Source of the DNA: Afifellaceae bacterium | Lineage (GTDB): Bacteria; Pseudomonadota; Alphaproteobacteria; Rhizobiales; Afifellaceae | DNA: 64,000 nt | NCBI GenBank assembly: GCA_028284625.1 | Contig: JANQRH010000008.1 | Location: forward strand, 227,441-291,440 | Direction: 5' to 3' | Shown here: positions 1-7,895 of the stretch, one piece after another | Layout: every line of letters begins with the position of its first letter | How positions within the stretch are numbered: position 1 is the first letter of the stretch | Translations under genes and position numbers: made by a program | The notes under the pieces: model-generated | Databases searched by the model: none | Told to the model about the DNA's origin: nothing | Seen by the model: the letters and a program-made list of their open reading frames with translations, nothing else

Positions 1-915
1 GCCGCGAAGGCGATGTACTTCCCGCGACGCACTTGGCCGGCGCTCATGAAGGTGGTTGCCGGTCAGAGTGGGGTTGAGGCGGAGTTGGGTCGGCTAAAGG
101 CTTGGCTGCCGGGCGGCGCTGTCGACCAGAAGCGCGAAGACGCTCTTGAGATGCTCGCGGCGATGCGGGATGCGCCGGAACGAGCCGCATCGACGGCCAC
201 GGCTTTCCGGTTTGAACAAACGCGCTTCTGGGAGGATCTGGTGAGGCGCGAGGATCAGCGGCCAGTCTCGCCGGGCCTCGATGCCGATCAGGCTGGCGTG
301 CTTGAGGAGCTTCGGCTCCTAGGCCCTTCCGTCTTTCATTCAGTTGCGCGGAACGCTCTTCTGCGCGCACTGGCAGATTCGCCTTCAAGAGGGAGTGCTC
401 CGCTTCCAACCGAGTCAATAAGCGCCGCATCGGTCAGACTGAGAGAAACGCTGGGCCTCTTCACGCGTGAGCAACTCCAGACTTGGATGCTGGAGAACGA
501 TCTCGATCAACCGTCCTTCGACCGCTTGGTGGAGTCGGATGCGCGGCTCGCCATTTTGACGGAGAGCCTCGCCCAGACATCCAGCTCATATCTCTTGGAC
601 GAGATTCGCATATCCGGCCGCTACAAGAGTCTTGTTTGGCGCGCACAAGACAAAGCGGAGAAACTCGCCGGGCCGACTGGCGGCGCGTCCAGCTCAGAAC
701 CGATGCCTAACGGCGCGCAGTTGAGGCTCTGGTATTTCGAGCAGCGCCTGGAGCAATCCGTCCCGGACGATATCGCAGCTTTCACGCGCGCACTCGGATG
801 GGGCGGCGTGGCGGAATTTGACCGTGCGCTGGGCCGGGAATGGATGTATTCTCGGCTCACTGGGAGGAGCCCCGAACAGCGCGCTGAAGACGCCGACCGG
901 GAGCCGACTGCTTAA
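1..915 (+). CDS. hypothetical protein, 5'-truncated by window edge (possibly the C-terminal region of a larger protein; TfuA-like tail is a weak guess)
   Basis: Frame 1 is open from base 1 with no stop before the ATG at 13. It ends at TAA 913-915, 9 nt before the next gene. I see no catalytic motif. The N-terminal stretch YFPRRTWPAL...VDQKREDALEML only vaguely recalls the tails of TfuA-domain proteins, from memory. Confidence 0.5.
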   Translation, partial: AAKAMYFPRRTWPALMKVVAGQSGVEAELGRLKAWLPGGAVDQKREDALEMLAAMRDAPERAASTATAFRFEQTRFWEDLVRREDQRPVSPGLDADQAGVLEELRLLGPSVFHSVARNALLRALADSPSRGSAPLPTESISAASVRLRETLGLFTREQLQTWMLENDLDQPSFDRLVESDARLAILTESLAQTSSSYLLDEIRISGRYKSLVWRAQDKAEKLAGPTGGASSSEPMPNGAQLRLWYFEQRLEQSVPDDIAAFTRALGWGGVAEFDRALGREWMYSRLTGRSPEQRAEDADREPTA

Positions 916-924
916 GGGGCGCGA

Positions 925-2277
925 ATGGACTTTGGCGGCGGGGCGCGCACACGCTTTCGGTTGTTTCCGCAAGCGCCGTTTCTGCATCCGGAGCGGCCGC
1001 CCGAAATTGTCGGGATATCCAGTCCGCCCGGAACAATAGGCCCCGGACCGTCCGACCATCGGCTGTTTGTCATCGCACCGGTTGGCAAGCCCGATTCCTA
1101 CGGTATTGCCGAAGGCCCTTTCAGCACGCCCTATCTCAGCCTGCCGCCTTGGCGTGGTCCGATCCTGCCGCCCGTCAGGCCGGGTCTCGACGGACATTTC
1201 GATCACCTGCCGGTCGGTTCACCGGAGTTTCTGCAGGCGCATCTGTTCGGTGCGATCCGCTTCGTCCTGGAAGTGTGGGAGCGTTACCTCGGCGGCACGA
1301 TCCAATGGCACTTCGCGCGGCATTTCGATCGGCTGGAGGCCCTGATCTACCCGCCGCTCGACAATGCGCGCGTGGGCTACGGATACATGGAGGCGGGGTC
1401 GCACCAGAATGACGATGGGACGATTGCCGATTACGCGCTGAACTTCGACGTCATCGGGCATGAGATCGGCCATCTCATCATCTATTCGCTGATTGGCGTT
1501 CCAAGAGGGATCATCGAGCAGGAGGACTATTTCGGCTTTCAGGAATCCGCGGCCGACACGGCGGCGCTGATTGCGTCGCTGCATTTCGATTCCATGGTGG
1601 ATCAGCTTTTGGCCGACACGCGCGGCAACCTCTACGCAATGAACGAGCTAAACCGCTTCGCCGAGCTCACGACCAATGACCAGATACGGATGGCCAGCAA
1701 CTCGGTGACGATGGCTGAGTTCGCCTTCGGTTGGGACGATGAGCACGATCTTTCCGAACCGCTGACCGGCGCGATCTTCGATCTGCTGGTGGACGTCTTT
1801 CAGGAAATCTTGGTCGAGCGCGGCTTGATAACGCGCCAGATCGCGGAGATGTCCGACGCCATCCGCGAACGTCCCGATTACGAACCGATCATTCAATCGG
1901 CGTTCGACGCAGCGTTCGCCCGCCGGCCGCACCGTTTTCGAGACGCCCTGATTGAGACGCGGGACTATATGGGCGTGGCGATGGCGGAGACCTGGAAACG
2001 GCTGTCGGCGCAGTTCCTGAGCTACGATGATGTCGGCCGGATGCTGATTGCCGTCGATGGCGAGCTCACCGGCGGCCGCTATCGGCAAGAGATATTCGAG
2101 TGCTTCGATTGGCGCGGGATTGGCCGTATTCGCACGGGGCCACGGCTTGCACCGCCCGATGAATCCAGTCATGCCTACTCCACGCGCACGCTTGAACCAG
2201 AGACGGCGCCACGTCTTCCGGCCATGTCGTTCCAGGAGCAGGCTCTGCTTTCCAAGGCGCTGGCAGGCGTCAGATAA
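925..2277 (+). CDS. zinc metallopeptidase-like protein (HExxH ... E-x-x-x-D, gluzincin/thermolysin-like motif arrangement), family not recognised
   Basis: The 450-aa ORF carries HEIGH at 1459-1473 (res. 179-183). FQESAAD follows, with its Glu 24 residues after the second His, like the thermolysin-type NExxSD third-ligand motif. No signal peptide is evident. It is tightly packed between ORF1 (9-nt gap) and ORF3 (15-nt gap). Confidence 0.65.
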   Translation: MDFGGGARTRFRLFPQAPFLHPERPPEIVGISSPPGTIGPGPSDHRLFVIAPVGKPDSYGIAEGPFSTPYLSLPPWRGPILPPVRPGLDGHFDHLPVGSPEFLQAHLFGAIRFVLEVWERYLGGTIQWHFARHFDRLEALIYPPLDNARVGYGYMEAGSHQNDDGTIADYALNFDVIGHEIGHLIIYSLIGVPRGIIEQEDYFGFQESAADTAALIASLHFDSMVDQLLADTRGNLYAMNELNRFAELTTNDQIRMASNSVTMAEFAFGWDDEHDLSEPLTGAIFDLLVDVFQEILVERGLITRQIAEMSDAIRERPDYEPIIQSAFDAAFARRPHRFRDALIETRDYMGVAMAETWKRLSAQFLSYDDVGRMLIAVDGELTGGRYRQEIFECFDWRGIGRIRTGPRLAPPDESSHAYSTRTLEPETAPRLPAMSFQEQALLSKALAGVR

Positions 2278-2292
2278 ACAGGAGGAAATGCC

Positions 2293-2844
2293 ATGGCCAC
2301 ATCGCCAACGCAGTCGCAGCGGACGTCGCCGCCGGAATCATTGCTGACCGGATCAAGCGTCAAGCTTTACGGCCGTGTGGTCACAGGCGTGGCGTTGTCT
2401 GCGCCCGCCGGACCGGAGCTCGGCGACAACAAGTTCCTGCAGGCGCAGCTTAAGCGAAGCGACGCCAGGCTTGCGCGCATCTACGGCTTTGGTTTTGAGG
2501 GCACTTATTACGGCATGCCGCGCCCTGCGATCTTCCTGGTGCATGGCGACGGCCGCGAGGTCGACGTCGTGGATAAAGGCGACAAGCAGGCGGCCGATCT
2601 GAAGATGTGGGAATACGACAAGGCCGACTTCTCCATCCGGCTCGACACGGACACGGGGCCGTTCGAGCAGATCCTGCTTGCTGCGACGCTGACGGGCGGC
2701 GCGACCAGCGGCGCCAATCTTGGCAGCGGTGCCAATCTCGGAAGCGGCGCTAATCTCGGCGCCGGGGCCAATCTTGGCAGCGGAGCGAACCTGAGCAGTG
2801 GCGCCAACCTGACCAGCGGCGCAAACCTCACGGGCCGCCGCTAG
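2293..2844 (+). CDS. 183-aa protein with an unknown ~135-aa N-terminal domain and a C-terminal (S/A)GANL(G/S/T) x7 hexapeptide-repeat tail ending GRR
   Basis: A strong RBS (AGGAGGA, 2280-2286) lies 6 nt upstream of the ATG at 2293. The C-terminus reads SGANLG SGANLG SGANLG AGANLG SGANLS SGANLT SGANLT GRR*. Confidence 0.7.
   Translation: MATSPTQSQRTSPPESLLTGSSVKLYGRVVTGVALSAPAGPELGDNKFLQAQLKRSDARLARIYGFGFEGTYYGMPRPAIFLVHGDGREVDVVDKGDKQAADLKMWEYDKADFSIRLDTDTGPFEQILLAATLTGGATSGANLGSGANLGSGANLGAGANLGSGANLSSGANLTSGANLTGRR
2707..2832 (+). repeat. seven tandem in-frame 18-bp repeats encoding the SGANLx hexapeptide
   Basis: Read directly: agcggcgccaatcttggc / agcggtgccaatctcgga / agcggcgctaatctcggc / gccggggccaatcttggc / agcggagcgaacctgagc / agtggcgccaacctgacc / agcggcgcaaacctcacg. 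Confidence 0.9.
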
Positions 2845-3416
2845 GCTTCGCCGGTCCAGACCATTCTGAGACGCTCTTCGTCGCCGCCGTCATGGCGGAA
2901 GCCGAGCCGTTCGTAAAGCGCCTGGGCCCGGTTGCCTCGAATGACATTGAGGGCCAGCCGTCTCATGGAGGCGGCGGTGCATTCCTGCAGAGCACGAACG
3001 ATTTTCGTGCCGATTCCCCGGTTTCGGTGCCCGGTTATCAAGTGAATTTGATCGATGTGCACTTCTTCATCGGATTCAGACAATTGCAGCCAGCCAATAT
3101 CGCGCGGCGGGGCGGCGAGCATCTGTATCTGGTCCAACCTGAAGCTTTCGGTGAAGCGTGAGACGATCTTCGATTCGTCCCATCGGTCGAGCGCGATAAG
3201 CAGGGGCTTGGTGCTTTCCAGATAGAGTTCCAAGGCGAAATCGAAATCTCCGGCGCGAGAGGGCCGAAAGGACACCCCATCAATCGCGCACGTCTCGCCG
3301 ATCCCGCTCACAATGCTCTTTCTGGCCATCTTTGCTATGTTGATTGCTGCTCCGAATGGCAACCAAGCACCGCTGCTGGTGGCCAGCGAAATTGCTGAAT
3401 CAAGAACGAGCGGCAC
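2841..3416 (-). CDS. GNAT family N-acetyltransferase (start uncertain: GTG 3416 or ATG 3329)
   Basis: GNAT motif A-like HRNRGIGTKIVRAL and a C-terminal ALYERLGF. Starting at ATG 3329 gives a typical 162-aa GNAT. Its stop overlaps the stop of the 2293-2844 gene (CTAG, 2841-2844). Confidence 0.75.
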   Translation of the reverse strand: MPLVLDSAISLATSSGAWLPFGAAINIAKMARKSIVSGIGETCAIDGVSFRPSRAGDFDFALELYLESTKPLLIALDRWDESKIVSRFTESFRLDQIQMLAAPPRDIGWLQLSESDEEVHIDQIHLITGHRNRGIGTKIVRALQECTAASMRRLALNVIRGNRAQALYERLGFRHDGGDEERLRMVWTGEA

Positions 3417-3422
3417 CCTTTC

Positions 3423-5204
3423 ATGAACGAGCCCAGTGGGGAAGCAGAAGGTTTAGATCCGGGTCGTGCCGCGCGACGCCGACTGGCGGCGGTGATGTTT
3501 GCCGACATGGTGGGTTATAGCCGCCAACTGGAACAAGACGAAAGGCGCAACGCTCTCCAGGCGGAACGGTCGGTGGAGCTCTTTCGATCGCTTGTCGGCG
3601 ATTACGGCGGGGCGGTAGCAAATGTCGCCGGCGACGGCATCCTCGCCATCTTTGCGAGCGCGGACGAGGCGGTCCGCTTTGCGATTCAGGTCCAGTCGGA
3701 TTTCCAGGGACAGGCCGTATGGGGTGACGGCCAGCCGATCGAGTTTCGGATCGGCATCAATCTCGGCGAGATCACCGAATCGCAGGGGGATGTGCGCGGC
3801 CACTCGGTGAACGTGGCGGCGAGGCTGCAGCAAATCGCCGAGCCTGGGGCCATCGTCGTCTCCTCCGCCGTTCGCGATGCGGTCGGCGACCAGGCCGAGC
3901 TGTCGCTCCGTTCTCTCGGCCGGCCCACGCTCAAGAACATTCAAACATCTATCGAGGTCTTTTCGGTCGGGCGCGGCGAGCAAGAGCCGGAACTGGTCGT
4001 TCGCGATACGCGCCCAACGCCGACCGTCACGGCGCGACAGCCATCGATCGCCGTCCTGGCGCTGCAGAACCTCTCAGGCGATCCCTCTAACGACCATCTG
4101 TGCGAGGGCGTCGTTGAGGATGTGATTGCGAACCTCACACGGTTTCGCAGTCTTATGGTCATCGCCAGGCATTCGGCGTTTCTGTTCAGCCTCAAGTCCA
4201 GCACGGTGGGCGAGATCGGGCGCCGCTTGGGCGTGCGTTATCTGTTGGCCGGCAGTCTTCGCCGCTCAGGCAAGCGCGTGCGCATCGGCGTCGAGCTCAT
4301 CGACGTTGAAAGCGAAAGCGCGCTTTGGTCCGACGATTACCGCATTGACGTAGAGGAGCTGTTTGACCTGCAGGACGAGATCGCGGGGTCGGTGGCTGCG
4401 CGGCTGGCTGTGCAGATCGACTTTGCAGAGCGCCGGCAGGAATCGCATCATCCGCGCGACCTCTTGGCATATGGCCTTGTGCTTCGCGGCCAGCATCTCG
4501 TCGCCCTCTACACGAAGGAAGGGAACGCCCACGCGCGTCGGCTTTTCGATGAAGCAGCGTCGATCGCGCCCGATTACGGCCGCGTCTACAGTTCGTTGTC
4601 GCGCACGCATAACCTGGACTGGCGATATTCGTGGTCGGCGTCACCCGATGAGTCACTCGACGCCGCCGTAGCGCTTGCGCAGCGCGCCGTGGACCTCGAT
4701 CGGCTGGACGCCCGCGGGTTCAGCGAACTCGGCTTCGCACATCTCTATAAGAAGCAGCACGAAAAGGCGGTGGCGGAATATCGGCGTGCGCTGGCGCTGA
4801 ACCCCAACGACGCCGACATCATCGCCGAATATGCCGATGCGCTCGTTTATGCGGGGCGGCCGGAGGAATCGGTGGAGCTGCTTGAGCGCGCGATGCGGCT
4901 CAATCCGTACTATCCCGACTGGTATTTGTGGTACCTCGCCGACGCTTACATCACGTTGCGACGGCATTCCGATGTGATTGCCACCGTCCAGAAGATGCAG
5001 AAGCCCGACGAAGGTCGCCGCATGCTCGCCGCCAGCTATGCGCATCTCGGCAAGCTCGACGAGGCGCGGGCGGAGGCAGAAGCGGTGCTTCGCCTTCACC
5101 CGGATTTCACGATCAGCCGCTGGCGACAGCGGCCGCCTTATCAAGATGAGGAGGCGCTGGAGCACTTCATCGAAGGCATGCGCATGGCCGGGCTGCCTGA
5201 CTGA
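3423..5204 (+). CDS. class III adenylate/guanylate cyclase domain protein with C-terminal TPR repeats
   Basis: N-terminal cyclase motifs: FADMVGYS, GDGILAIF, RIGINLGE, GHSVNVAARL. The middle region is TolB-N-like (IAVLALQNLSGDP...). C-terminal TPR-like repeats: AVAEYRRALALNPNDA, ELLERAMRLNPYYP, AEAEAVLRLHPDF. Confidence 0.85.
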   Translation: MNEPSGEAEGLDPGRAARRRLAAVMFADMVGYSRQLEQDERRNALQAERSVELFRSLVGDYGGAVANVAGDGILAIFASADEAVRFAIQVQSDFQGQAVWGDGQPIEFRIGINLGEITESQGDVRGHSVNVAARLQQIAEPGAIVVSSAVRDAVGDQAELSLRSLGRPTLKNIQTSIEVFSVGRGEQEPELVVRDTRPTPTVTARQPSIAVLALQNLSGDPSNDHLCEGVVEDVIANLTRFRSLMVIARHSAFLFSLKSSTVGEIGRRLGVRYLLAGSLRRSGKRVRIGVELIDVESESALWSDDYRIDVEELFDLQDEIAGSVAARLAVQIDFAERRQESHHPRDLLAYGLVLRGQHLVALYTKEGNAHARRLFDEAASIAPDYGRVYSSLSRTHNLDWRYSWSASPDESLDAAVALAQRAVDLDRLDARGFSELGFAHLYKKQHEKAVAEYRRALALNPNDADIIAEYADALVYAGRPEESVELLERAMRLNPYYPDWYLWYLADAYITLRRHSDVIATVQKMQKPDEGRRMLAASYAHLGKLDEARAEAEAVLRLHPDFTISRWRQRPPYQDEEALEHFIEGMRMAGLPD

Positions 5205-5267
5205 GCCGTGCTACTTGAAGCGGCTCGGATGCGATCCAATTCCGCTGCACCGCAAGGAGGACTGTAA

Positions 5268-5804
5268 GTGCTTAAATCGTCTCTGATTGCAGCAACGATT
5301 ATCACCTGCAGTGGCCCAATGACGGCCTTAGCCGAAGCCCCAGTTCTTCAGTCGGGCACCCCGGTAATCTACCTGGCCGACAATCTTGATGAGAAAGATA
5401 AGCTTGGGTGGTGCATTGACACCGAAGGTCGAGGATTTGCCGAAACGTTGCAATCGCACTCCTGCAAGCCGGCGTCACCCGGCGGCACGGACACACAATT
5501 TTCCTACGACGACGCGAACGGCCAGATCCGGTCTGTGCCTTTCAATGACAAATGCATGACGCTCAGCGATCCGGACAGTGAGGAGTGGCCCTTTGGCCTC
5601 CTCGATTGCGTGAGCGACGAGCCCTCGCAGACATTCGTTTATGACGTCGCGTCGAAGGAAATCCGGATCGGCGGCGATCCGTCCAAATGCGTTGTCGTCG
5701 CGCCGACGAGCATTGCTGCCGGTCCCTTCATGTCACGCGACCTGATCTACGCCGATTGCGATTCGGTAGAGGAGAAGTTCAAGCAGTGGGTCGTGAAGAA
5801 CTAA
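5268..5804 (+). CDS. secreted ricin-type beta-trefoil lectin-like protein
   Basis: GTG start with RBS AAGGAGGA. Signal peptide MLKSSLIAATIITCSGPMTALAEA. Three internal pseudo-repeats show a C..C..Q(F/W)..D..G(Q/E)IR pattern (WCIDTEG/DTQFSYD/GQIRS; KCMTLSD/SQTFVYD/KEIRIG; KCVVVAP/KQWVV). Confidence 0.55.
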   Translation: MLKSSLIAATIITCSGPMTALAEAPVLQSGTPVIYLADNLDEKDKLGWCIDTEGRGFAETLQSHSCKPASPGGTDTQFSYDDANGQIRSVPFNDKCMTLSDPDSEEWPFGLLDCVSDEPSQTFVYDVASKEIRIGGDPSKCVVVAPTSIAAGPFMSRDLIYADCDSVEEKFKQWVVKN

Positions 5805-5895
5805 GCCGCCTGATGCACGAAGGTCAGGCGAGCCAAGTCCCGACCCCAGCAAGGGCCAATGGTCCTCACGCCTACCCGCGCCGTTTTTCGCGCGC

Positions 5896-6690
5896 TCACA
5901 CAGTGCCGCCGAGCGAGCCCTCCAGCTCCGCCAGTTCCTGACCGCCCGCCATCAGATCCTGCAGCTCGTCCGGCGTGATCTGGCCGCGCTGGGCGGTGCC
6001 TAGCGTCTTGCCGCGGTTCAAGACCGTGAATCGATCACCCACCGCCAGCGCGTGCCGGACGTTATGGGTGATGAACACAACGGCGATATCCTGCTTGCGG
6101 ACCTTATCGACAGTGGCCAGCACATTGGAGGTTTGGCGAACGCCAAGCGCTGAGGTCGGCTCGTCGAGGATCAGCACCTTGGCGCCGAAATGTACAGCAC
6201 GGGCGATGGCAACCGTCTGCCGCTCGCCGCCCGACAGCGTGCCGACCGCCTGGTCCGGGCCACGCAGGTTGATGCCCATCTTGCGCATCTCCTGCATGGT
6301 GATGCGGTCGGCATGCTCCTGATCGTAAAAGGGGATGCCGGCGATGCGCTTTATCGGCTCGTTGCCCATGAAGAAGTTGCGGGCAACGCTCATCAGCGGG
6401 ATCATCGCGAGGTCCTGATAGACGGTCGCGATGCCGGCGGCGATGGCCATGCGCGGGTCGGAGAAGCGCATCGGCTTGCCTTCAAAAAGGATCTCGCCGC
6501 TGGTTGGCTCGTGAACGCCCGACATCGTCTTGATGAAGGTCGATTTGCCGGCGCCATTATCGCCCAGAAGGCAATGGCATTCGCCCGGGTAGACGTCGAG
6601 CGATACGCCGGCGAGTGCGATGACGGAGCCGAAATGCTTCTCGATCTCCCGCATCTGGATGATCGGCTCGTGTTGGGTTCGCGTGTTCAT
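5896..6690 (-). CDS. sugar ABC transporter ATP-binding protein (single NBD)
   Basis: Walker A GDNGAGKST, signature LSGGERQ and Walker B LILDEPT. It is the last gene of the SBP-permease-ATPase operon. Confidence 0.9.
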   Translation of the reverse strand: MNTRTQHEPIIQMREIEKHFGSVIALAGVSLDVYPGECHCLLGDNGAGKSTFIKTMSGVHEPTSGEILFEGKPMRFSDPRMAIAAGIATVYQDLAMIPLMSVARNFFMGNEPIKRIAGIPFYDQEHADRITMQEMRKMGINLRGPDQAVGTLSGGERQTVAIARAVHFGAKVLILDEPTSALGVRQTSNVLATVDKVRKQDIAVVFITHNVRHALAVGDRFTVLNRGKTLGTAQRGQITPDELQDLMAGGQELAELEGSLGGTV

Positions 6691-6691
6691 G

Positions 6692-7816
6692 TCAGCGCTC
6701 CCCGGTGATCATGCGGCGGATATAGGTGTTCAGCACCACCGCGAAGAGCAGGATGACGCCGAGGAACACCCGGAACAGCGAGCTTTCCACGCCGGCGAAG
6801 AACAGGCCCTGCTGCACGACGCCGAAGATCAGCGCGCCAAGGGCGGCGCCGATGACGGAGCCGTAACCGCCGGTCAATAATGCACCGCCGATCACGACGG
6901 CGATGATCGCCTCGAATTCCTTGAGGAGCCCGCGGTCGGCGCCGGCGGAGCCGAATTCCATCACCTGGCAGGTGGCGAAGACGCAGGCGCAGAATGCGGT
7001 GAACATGAACATGAGGACCTTCACCCGGTTCACCGGCACGCCGACATAGCGCGCAGCCTGCGCGTCGCCACCGGCGGCGAATATCCAGTTGCCGAATTGC
7101 GTGCGCGTCAGCAGCAGATGGCCGACCAGCACCAGCACCAGCGCCCAGACGATCAGCATGGGAATGCCGTCGACCACGGGATCGCCGGCGCGCGAACCGC
7201 GCTCGAACGTACCGATGATGCCGGCGTCGCCCATCCATTGGAACAGGCCCTGCAGGATCTTGCCGCCGAATATGGGCGCCAGCCAGTCGCCTTCGGCGAT
7301 GTCGCGGATGCCGCCGATGATCGTCTTACGCTCCAGCGCCTGCGGCAGGTAGATGGTGAAGCCGCGCAGAATGAACAGGGAAGCCAGCGTCACGATGAAG
7401 CTGGGCAGCCCGGTGCGGATGACAATGAAGCCGTTGACTGCGCCAATGGCGATGCAGAGCGCAAAGGTGACGATGATCGCTATCCAGACCGGCCATCCCA
7501 GGGTGACGGAAAAGATCGCGATCATCATGCCGGAGAAGCCGATCATGGAGCCGACGGACAGGTCGAACTCGCCTGCGATCATCAAGAGGCAGGCGCCGAC
7601 GGCAATGATCATGAATTGTGCGGAAACGGTCGACCAGTTCAACACGCCTTGGCTGTTGAACATGCCGGAATCGAACGCAAACACGAAGAAACAGGCAAAA
7701 ACGACGATGGTTCCGCAGATGCCGCCGAGCTCCGGGCGGATCAGTGCCCGGCGGAGTGGCGACATCTCCTTGACGCGTTCGTCGGTTGCGGTTTGTTGCT
7801 GCGTCATCTCCGACAT
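6692..7816 (-). CDS. sugar ABC transporter permease (CUT2/RbsC-like); ORF track extends to a TTG at 7855
   Basis: Polytopic hydrophobic protein typical of ribose/fructose-type permeases. The ATG at 7816 has GGAGGG 7 nt upstream. The TTG at 7855 abuts a stem-loop. Alternative ATGs are at 7834 and 7807. Confidence 0.85.
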   Translation of the reverse strand: MSEMTQQQTATDERVKEMSPLRRALIRPELGGICGTIVVFACFFVFAFDSGMFNSQGVLNWSTVSAQFMIIAVGACLLMIAGEFDLSVGSMIGFSGMMIAIFSVTLGWPVWIAIIVTFALCIAIGAVNGFIVIRTGLPSFIVTLASLFILRGFTIYLPQALERKTIIGGIRDIAEGDWLAPIFGGKILQGLFQWMGDAGIIGTFERGSRAGDPVVDGIPMLIVWALVLVLVGHLLLTRTQFGNWIFAAGGDAQAARYVGVPVNRVKVLMFMFTAFCACVFATCQVMEFGSAGADRGLLKEFEAIIAVVIGGALLTGGYGSVIGAALGALIFGVVQQGLFFAGVESSLFRVFLGVILLFAVVLNTYIRRMITGER

Positions 7817-7855
7817 TAGCCGGCCCTCCGTCATGTCGCAGGAATGAGGATACAA

Positions 7856-7887
7856 GAAGGGCGGCCACCTTCTCGGGGCCGCCCTTC
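7856..7887 (-). terminator. intercistronic GC-rich stem-loop between the binding-protein and permease genes (attenuator / mRNA-stabilising hairpin)
   Basis: A perfect 11-bp stem, gaagggcggcc (7856-7866) paired with ggccgcccttc (7877-7887), with a 10-nt loop. Confidence 0.6.
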
Positions 7888-7895
7888 AGGATGTG

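Noticed and set aside
2508-2831. 107-aa antisense ORF with RLAPLP-type repeats opposite the SGANLx repeat
   Set aside because: It is the mirror image of the sense-strand repeat. It has no RBS or plausible start context, and it overlaps a sense gene that has a strong RBS and operon context.
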